DNA of 60,993 nt, the filler included. It is 5 parts of 5 records of this genome, joined end to end, with 100 filler letters (N's around TTAATTAATTAA, not from the genome) between each part and the next. Parts side by side here need not be neighbours in the genome. Positions count along the whole stretch, not along the records: positions 20,714 to 37,869 come from SRR22947725_3975; 4 more parts are not named here. The stretch is one strand, 5' to 3'. The notes below the pieces were generated by a model. It was not told the origin of the DNA. It did no database searches and was given only the letters and a program-made list of their open reading frames with translations. Positions within the stretch are counted from its first letter, which is position 1, and each line of letters opens with the position of its first letter. Positions 20,729-29,980 of the stretch are shown in pieces. A program made the translations under genes and the position numbers.

Positions 20729-20977
20729 TGGATTACCGCGTCGTCCGCTTCCGCTCCCTCCTCGTAATGACAAAGAGTGTGTTGTCATCGCGAGAGCGAA
20801 GCCCGTGGCGATCCACTGTGATCCAGTAAGCGAAGAGACAAGTCGTACATGTAATTCAAAACACGATGGATTGCCGCGTCCCTCGCTCCGCTCCCTTCTC
20901 GCAATGACAACATTGTGCTCACTTCCATTCCTTTCCCCACCTTGTCATCGCGAGGGCAGAAAGCCCGTGGCGACCCA
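20729..20977. repeat. Array of four alternating inverted REP/RPE-like palindromic units
   Basis: TGGATT(A/G)CCGCG..CTCG(T/C)AATGACAA at 20729-20773 and 20867-20910; TTGTCATCGCGAG..CGTGGCGA(T/C)CCA at 20782-20815 and 20942-20977. The two unit types are near reverse complements. Confidence 0.8.
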
Positions 20978-21052
20978 CTTTGCAACAGCAAGCGGATCGC
21001 ACCCTCCGAACGCTCCTTGGCAAGATAAGCGGGTACGCAACCTCTTTTTGAA

Positions 21053-21376
21053 CTAGCCAACGGTTGCCCCGTCCACCACTTCGAAGCCTTCAAATTCGGG
21101 ATGGCCGAGGTACAGGTGTCCTCGGTTACCGGCTCCGGAATGGGCTTTTCTAAATGCCTCCGATTTAGTCCATGCTTCAAAGTCGTTCTCGGAATTCCAT
21201 AGAGTATGGGAGGCGTAGAGTACATGGTCTTCGCGTTCGGGTCCTTTCAGTAAATTAAATTTTACGAAACCAGGCTCGTTTTCTAGATAGGTGGTTCGGG
21301 TTTCCCAAATTTCCTCGAAATCTTTTTCGTGGCCTTTGACAATTCTAAAGCGGTTCATGGCAATATAATGACTCAT
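21053..21376 (-). CDS. Antibiotic biosynthesis monooxygenase family protein (IsdG/HmoA-like, possibly heme-degrading)
   Basis: YIAMNRF..FE..W..R...L...PGF, YASHT.W.....F.AWTKSEAFRKAH, LYLGHP.FEGF. Confidence 0.88.
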   Translation of the reverse strand: MSHYIAMNRFRIVKGHEKDFEEIWETRTTYLENEPGFVKFNLLKGPEREDHVLYASHTLWNSENDFEAWTKSEAFRKAHSGAGNRGHLYLGHPEFEGFEVVDGATVG

Positions 21377-21474
21377 GTATCGTAGAAATAGAGGCGGTTT
21401 ATGAAATAGCAAGAAATTGCTTAAAATACAGGGCGATTGGGTAAAAAATATTTGCGTAAAAATCGGAGTCTGAA

Positions 21475-21831
21475 ATGATGGGGATTATGGGAAAGTGGAA
21501 AATTATATTGGCTTTGTATTGTGGGGCGGTTCTGTATCTATCGTCGGTTTCTTCAGGAGATATACCAGAGATCCCAGTCAAGGTTTCGGATAAGGCACTT
21601 CACTTAGTGGAGTATGCGATCATGGGAATACTTGCTTGGGGTGCTTTTGGAAAGGGGGGTGTCGGGTTTCCCTGGGGATTGCTTGCATTTTGTGCCTGCT
21701 TTGGAATTGGGGATGAGTGCTTTCAGGATTGGATGGGCAATGCCCGTAATCCTGATGTGTGGGATGCGGCGGCGGATGCGGTCGGTGGTTTTATTGGCCT
21801 GTTATTATCGATGGTTTTTTGGAAGAGATAG
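21475..21831 (+). CDS. VanZ-family membrane protein
   Basis: SDKALH..EY, DE..Q...R..D..D..AD..G pattern and three TM segments. Confidence 0.8.
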   Translation: MMGIMGKWKIILALYCGAVLYLSSVSSGDIPEIPVKVSDKALHLVEYAIMGILAWGAFGKGGVGFPWGLLAFCACFGIGDECFQDWMGNARNPDVWDAAADAVGGFIGLLLSMVFWKR

Positions 21832-21899
21832 GGTAAGAATTTGGCCTGGGTAAAACATTACTCTTGCCAGACTATCAACTTTTAGAAAATGATTTTTCC

Positions 21900-22838
21900 A
21901 TGAGTGAAAATCAAAAATCGGATAGTAATTTATTGGTGCCTTCCACGAGAAGAAATTTATTTAAAGGTATGGCCACCGGTTTGGTTGCCAGTTCAATGGC
22001 TGGGCCAGCCATTGTAAGCGGTGCAAAAAAGGGGAAGAAAGCGGGAGTAAGAAAAGGCAGGATTAATCAATCTGTGGTGTCCTGGTGTTTTGCGAAGCAT
22101 TGGAGTGTTGAAGAAACCTGCCAGCAGGCAAAGAGGCTGGGCTGTAAGAGTGTGGAGTTGATTGATTCGAAGCATTGGCCGGTCTTAAAAAAGCATGGCC
22201 TGACCTGTGCGATTTCAGGCATTCCGGTGGATGGTCCTCCATTTATTAAAGGCTATAATAATCCGGAATATCATGGGTGGCTCATCAAGGCGACGAAGCA
22301 GGCAATTGATGAATCAGCAGATTTTGGCTGCCCGAACGTGATTGCATTCACCGGGTATGCAGAGAATTTTTCCCGTGAACAGGGAGCGAAGAATTGTATT
22401 GAAGGATTTAAAAAAGTGGCCGGGTATGCCGAGAAAAAAGGAGTGACGATTTGCCTGGAAATGCTGAACAGTCGGGATGATACTGATCCGAATAAAGGAC
22501 ACCCTGGGTATCAGGGTGACCACACGGATTACTGTATGGATATTTTAAATGCAGTGGGCTCGCCAAGGGTGAAACTATTGTTTGATATTTATCATGTACA
22601 AATCATGGATGGGGACGTGATCCGCCGGATTGGGGAGTGCGGGGATATGATCGGACATGTGCACACCGCGGGTAATCCGGGCCGGGGCGAACTCGATGAT
22701 AAACAGGAAATTAATTACCCTCCAATTATGAAGGCTTTGCTGGATATCAAATATAAAGCCTTTGTGGGGCAGGAATTTATTCCCACCCGCGATCCGGTAA
22801 AAGGCCTGACCGAAGCGGTCGAGCTTTGTGATGTGTAA
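21900..22838 (+). CDS. Tat-exported hydroxypyruvate isomerase / sugar-phosphate isomerase-epimerase family TIM-barrel protein
   Basis: TRRNLFK Tat motif, LEMLNS, LLFDIYHVQIM.GD, HVHTAGNPGR.E, GQEFIP. Confidence 0.85.
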   Translation: MSENQKSDSNLLVPSTRRNLFKGMATGLVASSMAGPAIVSGAKKGKKAGVRKGRINQSVVSWCFAKHWSVEETCQQAKRLGCKSVELIDSKHWPVLKKHGLTCAISGIPVDGPPFIKGYNNPEYHGWLIKATKQAIDESADFGCPNVIAFTGYAENFSREQGAKNCIEGFKKVAGYAEKKGVTICLEMLNSRDDTDPNKGHPGYQGDHTDYCMDILNAVGSPRVKLLFDIYHVQIMDGDVIRRIGECGDMIGHVHTAGNPGRGELDDKQEINYPPIMKALLDIKYKAFVGQEFIPTRDPVKGLTEAVELCDV

Positions 22839-22900
22839 AAAATAAATCCTTTCTTATTGCGCTTTTTTATTCCACTTACTACTCCTAAGGGAGTGGTGAT

Positions 22901-23881
22901 TTGGAGATGGAAAAAGTAAAGTATATTGATCTTTTTTGTGGTGTCGGTGGGTTTAGGCATGCCTTAAAATCCCCTGGAAGTCAGTGTGTGTTTTCCTCGG
23001 ATATTGACCCGGATGCCCGGTTGATTTACGCCCAGAATTGGGGCGAAGAACCAGCGGGTGATATTGGTCAGGTGGGGGTTGCAGAAATCCCTCCCCATGA
23101 TGTGCTTTGTGGCGGTTTTCCCTGCCAGCCTTTTAGTATATCCGGGAATCAGGGTGGATTCGAAGATGCACGGGGTACATTATTGCACGAGATTTTACGG
23201 ATTGCACGGCACCATCAACCCAGTGTTCTTTTTTTGGAAAATGTAAAGAATTTCCTAAGTCATGGAGGGGGAGAGACATTGGCGAAGACTATTGAACTTC
23301 TTAATCGGGTCGGGTATCAGGTACATTATTCCCTACTCAATGCTTCCCGTTATGGAGTGGCTCAAAAGAGGGAACGGGTTTATTTTGTCTGTTTTCGAAA
23401 AGAGCTCGGAATCGAGGATTTTCAATTCCCCGTGCCAAGCGATGAGGATGTGGCGGTGGAGGATATTTTATTACCCAAGGGCGACCGCAGGCTTGATGAT
23501 CTGATTATCCAGCGCTCGGACTTGCGACTCAAAGAAAAAATGACCACAGAGCGGGAAAACCGAACACTTCGAATTGGCACCGTGGGGAAGGGCGGACAGG
23601 GAGAACGGGTATACAGTCCGAAAGGCCATGCAATCACCCTTTCTGCATTTGGTGGTGGGATTGGGGCAAAAACGGGCATGTATTTAATCGACGGGCAAAT
23701 CCGCCGGCTTCATCCCGAGGAGTGCCGTCGTCTGATGGGGTTTCCTGATAGCTTTAAACTACACGACCGCCCCAATGTATCTTACAAACAATTTGGCAAT
23801 TCCGTGGCCGTGCCAGTGGTTCGAAAAATCTTTCAATCGATTCTGCCTATACTGAGTGGGCGGACTTTACAGGCGGCCTAG
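22901..23881 (+). CDS. DNA (cytosine-5) methyltransferase, M.HhaI-like (predicted GCGC)
   Basis: Motifs I (DLFCGVGG), IV (GFPCQPFS), VI (ENV), VIII (QKRER) and X (KQFGNSV). The TRD GKGGQGERVYS.KG.AITLSAFGGG..AKTG matches M.HhaI as recalled. TTG start 7 nt after AAGGGAG. Confidence 0.93.
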   Translation: MEMEKVKYIDLFCGVGGFRHALKSPGSQCVFSSDIDPDARLIYAQNWGEEPAGDIGQVGVAEIPPHDVLCGGFPCQPFSISGNQGGFEDARGTLLHEILRIARHHQPSVLFLENVKNFLSHGGGETLAKTIELLNRVGYQVHYSLLNASRYGVAQKRERVYFVCFRKELGIEDFQFPVPSDEDVAVEDILLPKGDRRLDDLIIQRSDLRLKEKMTTERENRTLRIGTVGKGGQGERVYSPKGHAITLSAFGGGIGAKTGMYLIDGQIRRLHPEECRRLMGFPDSFKLHDRPNVSYKQFGNSVAVPVVRKIFQSILPILSGRTLQAA

Positions 23882-23894
23882 TGCCGACTTTTTG

Positions 23895-26768
23895 ATGGAG
23901 GTTACTACAAATGCAATTCCCTGGAAAGGGTCCGCGGTGGAGAGCGGAGTGGATTGGTTGGTGGCCCAGTCCAGCAGAAAGCAATTTATTGATTTATCCC
24001 GCCTTTGGGTAATTACTCAAACGAGCGGCGCTTCGCGTCGGTTAAGTGAAGCCCTCGCCCAATATGCGGAGGAGCAGTCTACGGCTTGCCTTTTGCCGAG
24101 GTGGAGCACGCCGGGCTCCCTGATTAAACCGGAGGGAGATTTCCTGGATGGGTTTCGTATTGCCACGCCCATCCAAGTACTTGCCAAGTGGGTTGAAATT
24201 CTGAAGGAAAATGATTTATCCCAATACCCCGATCTGTTTCCCCGGTTACCCCAGGAGCTTGATGTTTCGTGGGGGCTTTCGATGGCCGGTGCATTGGTGA
24301 AGTTACGGGAGACCCTGGCGGAGGCAAACCATGACTGTGAATCCGTGGAACAGAGCCGGATAACTGAGAGGTGGGCCGAGCAGGACAGGTGGGGCGATTT
24401 GGCCAGGTTGGAAAAAGCATACCGGGAAAAATTGGAGGGTGGAGGAATGATTGATCCAATGGATGCGAGGAGAAGGTGGGTTCGTCAATCCGTAGTCCCG
24501 AAGGGTGTGAAATGTATTGTTTTGTTAGGGGTGTCCGGATTTCCGGACTTGGGGAAAACGGCTTTGGAAAATGCGGCTAAGCAGGGAGTGGATTTACAGT
24601 CAGTCATTTTTTGTTCCAATGAGGAGGATCTTATTTCATTTGATGAATTTGGCCGACCCCTCCGGGCAGCCTGGGAGGCAAGACCGCTTGGGCTATCGGA
24701 TGATCAGTTAAACCTAGTGTACAGTCCACAGGAACAGGCAAATTATGCCAGAGAATTGATCCAAGCAGAACTAGGGGTCTGCCAGGAAAGCCTGAATATT
24801 GGGGTGCTTGATCCCGAGGTCAAGGATGTCCTGATTTCAGCTGGAGAGTCTGAACACAACTTACCGGTTTTTTATGACCCGGAGGGTACACCGGGGATAC
24901 AGGCCCCGTTACACAGTTGGTTGAAAGCGGTGCATGAATTATTGGCGGGTGGAGAGATGAATACAGCTACTCAATTATTGCGTTTTCCACAGACCCTTTC
25001 CTGGCTCGAAAGTAAAGGGGTTGAGCCCGATGTTCGGGTTTGGTTTAAGGAATTAGATAAATTACACGCCAAGCATCTTAGCCGAACACTGGAGGATGGG
25101 ATTCAGTTTGCCCGTCGTTCGAATTCTGCGGTTTCTGAAGCTTTGGAAAAATTGGCGGGCTTGGTCGAGGATTTACAGTCCGGTTCATTTGAAGATAAGA
25201 TCAAGGATCTGTTGCGTGGGGCTTTATCCTCAAATCCCCTGGATCGGGGAAAGCCGGAAGACCAGTCATACATTCAGTTACTTCCCAAGCTCGCCAACTG
25301 GTTGTTGGAATTATCCCAAGTCTCCGGGATCAGTTTGCAGGAACGCTTTTCAATTCTTTTGGGCTTGGTTGCGAGCGAGGCATGGACCAAAGAAGAGACT
25401 GGTGAGGAAATGATGTTGCATGGTTGGCTGGAATTGCCTTGGGCGGATTCCCCCCATCTAGTGGTCATGGGATGTAATGATTCTTTTTTACCTGCCTCTT
25501 TGCCGGTAAATACATTTGTACCCCAATCCCTGAGGCAAGAGCTTGGTTTATGGACGGATGAGGACCGGGCGGGGAGGGACGCTTATTTACTCCACTGGTT
25601 AGTGGCCTCCAGAAAGGGGGCACATGGGCGGATTGATTTTGTAATGGGGAAATTCAGCCGGGATGGTACACCCTTGAAGCCATCAGCTTTATTCTTTCTA
25701 TGCGATCCCGATAACGAAAATGAACTGCCCAACCGCACCGAAAAACTCTTTGGTGAGGTTCTCGCGGAAGGAGAAAATCCGTCCTGGGCTTATCCGTGGA
25801 AACTTGTCCCCGGAGAACATGAGCCGGTTCGCCGTATTTCAGTGACCCAGTTCAGTTCTTTTTTGAGCTGCCCGTTTCGGTTCTACCTGGATAAGAAATT
25901 CAGGATGGAGGAATATAAAGCGGATAAAGAGGAGGCGGATACCATGGATTTTGGAACGCTTACTCATTCGGCACTGGAATCATTATCTGATCTGGGGAAT
26001 GAAACTCCGGATGAAGAAGAAATTTACCAGTGCATGGTCGTTCGATTGGAGAAAGAAATTTCCTATCGATTTGGGCGAAGTCCCAGCCTTTCCATTTTGC
26101 AGCAAAAAGCATCCATTGAAAGACGGTTAAGAAGGGTGGCTCAATTGCATAGGCAGGATCTTTCGAACGGCTGGCAAGTGGACAGGGTGGAAGCAAAATT
26201 TCATTTGGATACCCGTGGTTCACTGAATCCCGGAGAATGGAAGGTTCTCGCGGACAAAGATGAGCCGGTTGAGGGAGAGAACAGTATTCGGATTGTCGGT
26301 GTGGTTGACCGGATTGATTTTCATCCCGAACTGGGGGTATATCGATTGCTTGACTATAAAACCTCAGAAAAGGGGCCCAAGGAATTACATCTAAAGAAGA
26401 GCAATTTGAGGATGGAGGAATATCCAGAATATTTCTTTTTTGAACAAAATGAAAAGACCATGCGATGGATGGACCTGCAGCTCCCACTTTATCGAATCTG
26501 GGCAGAGAAGGCATTATTGAATAAGAATGCTCAGGGCTTGGAGGTGGGGATTTACAATGTACCTGCGCTCGAGGATAAGATCGGACCCAATATGTGGCCT
26601 GAATTAGATGATGAACTTGTAGCAGCAGCAGTTACCTGTGCCGGAGGGGTACTGACAGATCTATTAAATCCAGCAGATCACATCCCGGCATCCAAGGTAG
26701 CCTACGATGATTTTGCTGATTTATTTTTTCATTCCCCCGAGGAAGCAATCGTCGGTTTCAGTCGATGA
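23895..26768 (+). CDS. addB: AddB-like subunit: inactive helicase scaffold with a C-terminal PD-(D/E)XK nuclease
   Basis: C-terminal SVT.F..FL.CPFRFYL, GTLTHSALE, GVVDRID..LLDYKT, LQLPLY. Its stop overlaps the start of the UvrD-like gene (ATGA). Confidence 0.75.
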   Translation: MEVTTNAIPWKGSAVESGVDWLVAQSSRKQFIDLSRLWVITQTSGASRRLSEALAQYAEEQSTACLLPRWSTPGSLIKPEGDFLDGFRIATPIQVLAKWVEILKENDLSQYPDLFPRLPQELDVSWGLSMAGALVKLRETLAEANHDCESVEQSRITERWAEQDRWGDLARLEKAYREKLEGGGMIDPMDARRRWVRQSVVPKGVKCIVLLGVSGFPDLGKTALENAAKQGVDLQSVIFCSNEEDLISFDEFGRPLRAAWEARPLGLSDDQLNLVYSPQEQANYARELIQAELGVCQESLNIGVLDPEVKDVLISAGESEHNLPVFYDPEGTPGIQAPLHSWLKAVHELLAGGEMNTATQLLRFPQTLSWLESKGVEPDVRVWFKELDKLHAKHLSRTLEDGIQFARRSNSAVSEALEKLAGLVEDLQSGSFEDKIKDLLRGALSSNPLDRGKPEDQSYIQLLPKLANWLLELSQVSGISLQERFSILLGLVASEAWTKEETGEEMMLHGWLELPWADSPHLVVMGCNDSFLPASLPVNTFVPQSLRQELGLWTDEDRAGRDAYLLHWLVASRKGAHGRIDFVMGKFSRDGTPLKPSALFFLCDPDNENELPNRTEKLFGEVLAEGENPSWAYPWKLVPGEHEPVRRISVTQFSSFLSCPFRFYLDKKFRMEEYKADKEEADTMDFGTLTHSALESLSDLGNETPDEEEIYQCMVVRLEKEISYRFGRSPSLSILQQKASIERRLRRVAQLHRQDLSNGWQVDRVEAKFHLDTRGSLNPGEWKVLADKDEPVEGENSIRIVGVVDRIDFHPELGVYRLLDYKTSEKGPKELHLKKSNLRMEEYPEYFFFEQNEKTMRWMDLQLPLYRIWAEKALLNKNAQGLEVGIYNVPALEDKIGPNMWPELDDELVAAAVTCAGGVLTDLLNPADHIPASKVAYDDFADLFFHSPEEAIVGFSR

Positions 26769-29700
26769 GTAGTTCCAAGAAAATTAAACTGAGAACCCTG
26801 ATAAAGGCATCGGCGGGGAGTGGGAAAACATTTCGCCTGACCGACCGTTTTATTTACCTACTTTTGTGTGGTGAGAAGCCGGAGAGTATCGTTGCACTAA
26901 CCTTTTCGAGGAAGGCGGCCGGAGAATTTTTTGACGCGATCCTTTGCAAATTAGCGGAGGCGGCAATAAACGATAAGGATCGGGCAAGGTTAGAAAAAGA
27001 GTTTGGTCTGTCGATTACTCCCGCCCAGTTAAGGGAGAAAATAGCCCTGCTTCTCGGAAGCATGAACCGACTGACCCTGGGGACCCTGGATTCATTCTTT
27101 TTTTCGGTTCTCGCCTCCGCACCCCTGGAGTATGGATTGGCGATTGGTTTTAACTTAATGGATGAAAGTGCAGCCCGGGAAAAGTGGGCCCTTTGTTTGA
27201 GGCAGTGTTTTGAGGAAAGTATCGCGGATAGTTCCACCTTAATTGATGCCTTTGCCAAGGCCCGGATGGAAGCGGAGGATCGGGAGTTTTTCCCTTGGAT
27301 GCTCGAGCTTGGGTTTTCTTTCCGGAATTTCCTCGCCCAGTGTCCTGATTCGAAAAACTGGGGCTCGGTGGAACAGCTCTGGCCTGATGATTCTAATTGG
27401 AAACAGTTGCCGGAAAATTACGACATCGCGGATGACTACAGGCAGGCAGTTGAATGGTTGGAGGATGGAACTGCCAGTTTTGAACCGGCCATGACGCCTT
27501 CGGCTCAGAAAGGAGTTGTAAAAGCTCTCGGGGAATTTCGTAATTGGAGTCCGGGGGCAGATTTGGCGAAGAATAGCACTGGTTTTCAAAGACTGTTTAA
27601 GGGGGTGATGGGAAATAAGCCATCGTTGGATTACTACTCCCGAAAGGATTATGCGATTCGTGGTGAATGGGTCGAAGCGGTGAGGCGTATGTCTGCCCAT
27701 ATCATTGGAGAGGAATTAAAAATTTATGGGATGCGCACCCAGGGGATTTATTCCCTGCTCAACCGGGTGGTGAACAGTTACAATAAAAAGGTTTTGGAAA
27801 AAGGGGGCATCATGTTCTCGGACTTGCCCATTTTGTTAACCAATTCAGAAAATGAACTGGAGAAATTGGACCGGGATTATCGGTTGGACCGGAAATACAA
27901 GCATTGGATGCTGGATGAATTCCAGGATACTTCGCCCAGTCAATGGGCAGTGATCGAGCCCCTGCTTGAGGAGGTTCTTTATAATCCGGAGGATGAACGA
28001 ATGTTTTTTTGTGTGGGTGATCAAAAGCAGGCAATTTATGGCTGGCGGGGAGGAGACTCCCGATTGTTCGGATACCTGGAGAAAGAATTTCAGTCCCGTT
28101 TAGAGATTGAAAACATGAACGAATCCTGGCGTTCCGGGCTCGATGTTCTGGGGGCGGTCAATCAGGTCTTTGGTTCCAAGGCTGATCCGAGTATTTTAGT
28201 CTCGAGGTGGAATGAAATTTGGAAAACTCATATCCCTTCTGAAAAAACAAAAAATAGCACTGGTCATGTGGCCTGGTGGACAACGAAGGACGAGGATGAG
28301 CGCTTCCGTGCAATCGCCGACCTGCTTCGCGAAGTTGATCCGGTAAACCGCGGATGGACTTGTGCAATTCTTACCCAAACGAGGAAAACTGCCCGTGAAT
28401 TAGTGGATTTTTTAAGAAGGGAGTTGCCCGGTATGCCAGTGGAGGAGGAGGTTGGTTCTTTACCTGCACGGGATAATGGATTCTCCCAGTATTTATTATC
28501 TTTGCTGCGTGCTGCAGTTCATCCCACCGATAACTGGGCGATCGGGCACTTAAAAATGTGTCCGTTCATGGAAGCCGATTCGGATTCGCTGGATACAATT
28601 CTGGAAGAAGTAAGGACACGGGTGTACGAAAGTGGATTTGCCTCTTTCGTCAGACAGTGGGGAGAGCAAGCTTTGGACGACGTGGAGGAGGAAGCCCAAC
28701 CATTTGTTCGTAAACGACTCGAGGAATTTCTGACTATGGCCCAGTCTTTTGACCAAAATGGGGGTAGGAATATTGACCTTTTCCTTGATTTTGCCCGTCG
28801 AACTGAAGCATCGAAGGGAGCAATGGAATCGAGTATTCGGGCAATGACTATTCATGGCTCGAAAGGGCTGACATTTGATATGGTCATTATGCCAGATTTG
28901 GGAGGTGGGAGCTTAAGAAATACAGGTGGCCACCGTTCAGGAAACGGAATTGAATTATACAAATCCTTAGCGAAGTCGGGACTCGGTTTTGACTGGGTAT
29001 TGGCGAAGCCCAAGAAGTTCCTTCAGGAAGCGGATCCTTTTTTATCTGGTATGTTAACAAATGATGAAGAGGCATCCGCATTTGAGAGCCTGTGTAAGTT
29101 TTATGTTGGAATGACCCGTCCGGCCCGTGCCCTTTATCTTTTTTCTGAACCTTACAATCCAAAATCATCCTCCAAAAATTTCATTTATCTTTTAAATGAT
29201 ACCCTGTCGATGGATTCCACAATTGAGCAGGAGGTCATCGATAAAACCAATCGCTTGACCGGGCAACGGGAAGGTGGATTTGAATTGGCTTACTGTTCGG
29301 GATCCCCGGAATGGTGGAGCAAGCGGGAGGCAAACTTACCCCAAAGAGAAGAGAGAGAACTGGTTGATCGCGGGAATTTTCGGAAACGAAAATATCGCAA
29401 CCTTTCGAAGTCAAGGCCATCTGATAAAGAACAATGCGGCGTGGAAGCAACCGATTTACTGGGTATTCAAGCAAACACGGGTAAGGAATTAGGCACGCAG
29501 GTGCATGCGTTGTTTGAAAATGTGGAATGGTGGGAAAAAAAAGCAGATTTATCAAAATGGTTAGAACAACAAGGCAAGGGTACATCCAAGCAGGCGATGG
29601 ATATTTTTAGCCGGGCCATGGCAGACCCGGAGGTTAAGAAAATATTCTCCTTACCCGCCCAGAAAACCGAAGTCTGGAGGGAGCGCAGCTTTGCCTATCA

Positions 29701-29965
29701 AAAGGAGGGCAAAATGGTGCAGGGTATTTTTGACAGGGTGGTTTTGAGCTTATCGGAGAGTGATGAAATAATGGCCGCTGAGATTATTGATTTTAAAACG
29801 GATCGGCCCGGAAAAGATGTGGGTCTGGATCAACTGGTTGACCGTTACCGTGGACAGTTGGAGTCCTATCGTTCAGCCCTGGTTAGGTTAACCGGGTTAC
29901 CGGAAAATAAAATCAGGATGACCCTTCTTTTTACCTCTATGCCACAGATATTTTCATGGGAGTAA
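26765..29965 (+). CDS. addA: AddA-like UvrD/REP helicase with a C-terminal nuclease domain
   Basis: ASAGSGKT Walker A, LTFSRKAA, DEFQDTS, VGDQKQAIYGWRGG, MTIHGSKGL, YVGMTR, and a C-terminal GIFDR..IIDFKTD..QL..Y. Confidence 0.85.
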   Translation: MSSSKKIKLRTLIKASAGSGKTFRLTDRFIYLLLCGEKPESIVALTFSRKAAGEFFDAILCKLAEAAINDKDRARLEKEFGLSITPAQLREKIALLLGSMNRLTLGTLDSFFFSVLASAPLEYGLAIGFNLMDESAAREKWALCLRQCFEESIADSSTLIDAFAKARMEAEDREFFPWMLELGFSFRNFLAQCPDSKNWGSVEQLWPDDSNWKQLPENYDIADDYRQAVEWLEDGTASFEPAMTPSAQKGVVKALGEFRNWSPGADLAKNSTGFQRLFKGVMGNKPSLDYYSRKDYAIRGEWVEAVRRMSAHIIGEELKIYGMRTQGIYSLLNRVVNSYNKKVLEKGGIMFSDLPILLTNSENELEKLDRDYRLDRKYKHWMLDEFQDTSPSQWAVIEPLLEEVLYNPEDERMFFCVGDQKQAIYGWRGGDSRLFGYLEKEFQSRLEIENMNESWRSGLDVLGAVNQVFGSKADPSILVSRWNEIWKTHIPSEKTKNSTGHVAWWTTKDEDERFRAIADLLREVDPVNRGWTCAILTQTRKTARELVDFLRRELPGMPVEEEVGSLPARDNGFSQYLLSLLRAAVHPTDNWAIGHLKMCPFMEADSDSLDTILEEVRTRVYESGFASFVRQWGEQALDDVEEEAQPFVRKRLEEFLTMAQSFDQNGGRNIDLFLDFARRTEASKGAMESSIRAMTIHGSKGLTFDMVIMPDLGGGSLRNTGGHRSGNGIELYKSLAKSGLGFDWVLAKPKKFLQEADPFLSGMLTNDEEASAFESLCKFYVGMTRPARALYLFSEPYNPKSSSKNFIYLLNDTLSMDSTIEQEVIDKTNRLTGQREGGFELAYCSGSPEWWSKREANLPQREERELVDRGNFRKRKYRNLSKSRPSDKEQCGVEATDLLGIQANTGKELGTQVHALFENVEWWEKKADLSKWLEQQGKGTSKQAMDIFSRAMADPEVKKIFSLPAQKTEVWRERSFAYQKEGKMVQGIFDRVVLSLSESDEIMAAEIIDFKTDRPGKDVGLDQLVDRYRGQLESYRSALVRLTGLPENKIRMTLLFTSMPQIFSWE

Positions 29966-29980
29966 ATCAGGCATATTCTA

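Noticed and set aside
20729..20977. Repeat array considered as a CRISPR array, and the ORFs 20785-21225 and 20805-21056 crossing it
   Set aside because: The units alternate in orientation, the spacers are irregular and there are no cas genes. The ORFs are translations of the repeats or antisense to the ABM gene.
23895..29965. Helicase plus nuclease pair as a novel anti-phage system or Cas4-like module
   Set aside because: Size, gene order and motifs fit housekeeping AddAB. Only the linkage to the methyltransferase is kept as a hypothesis.
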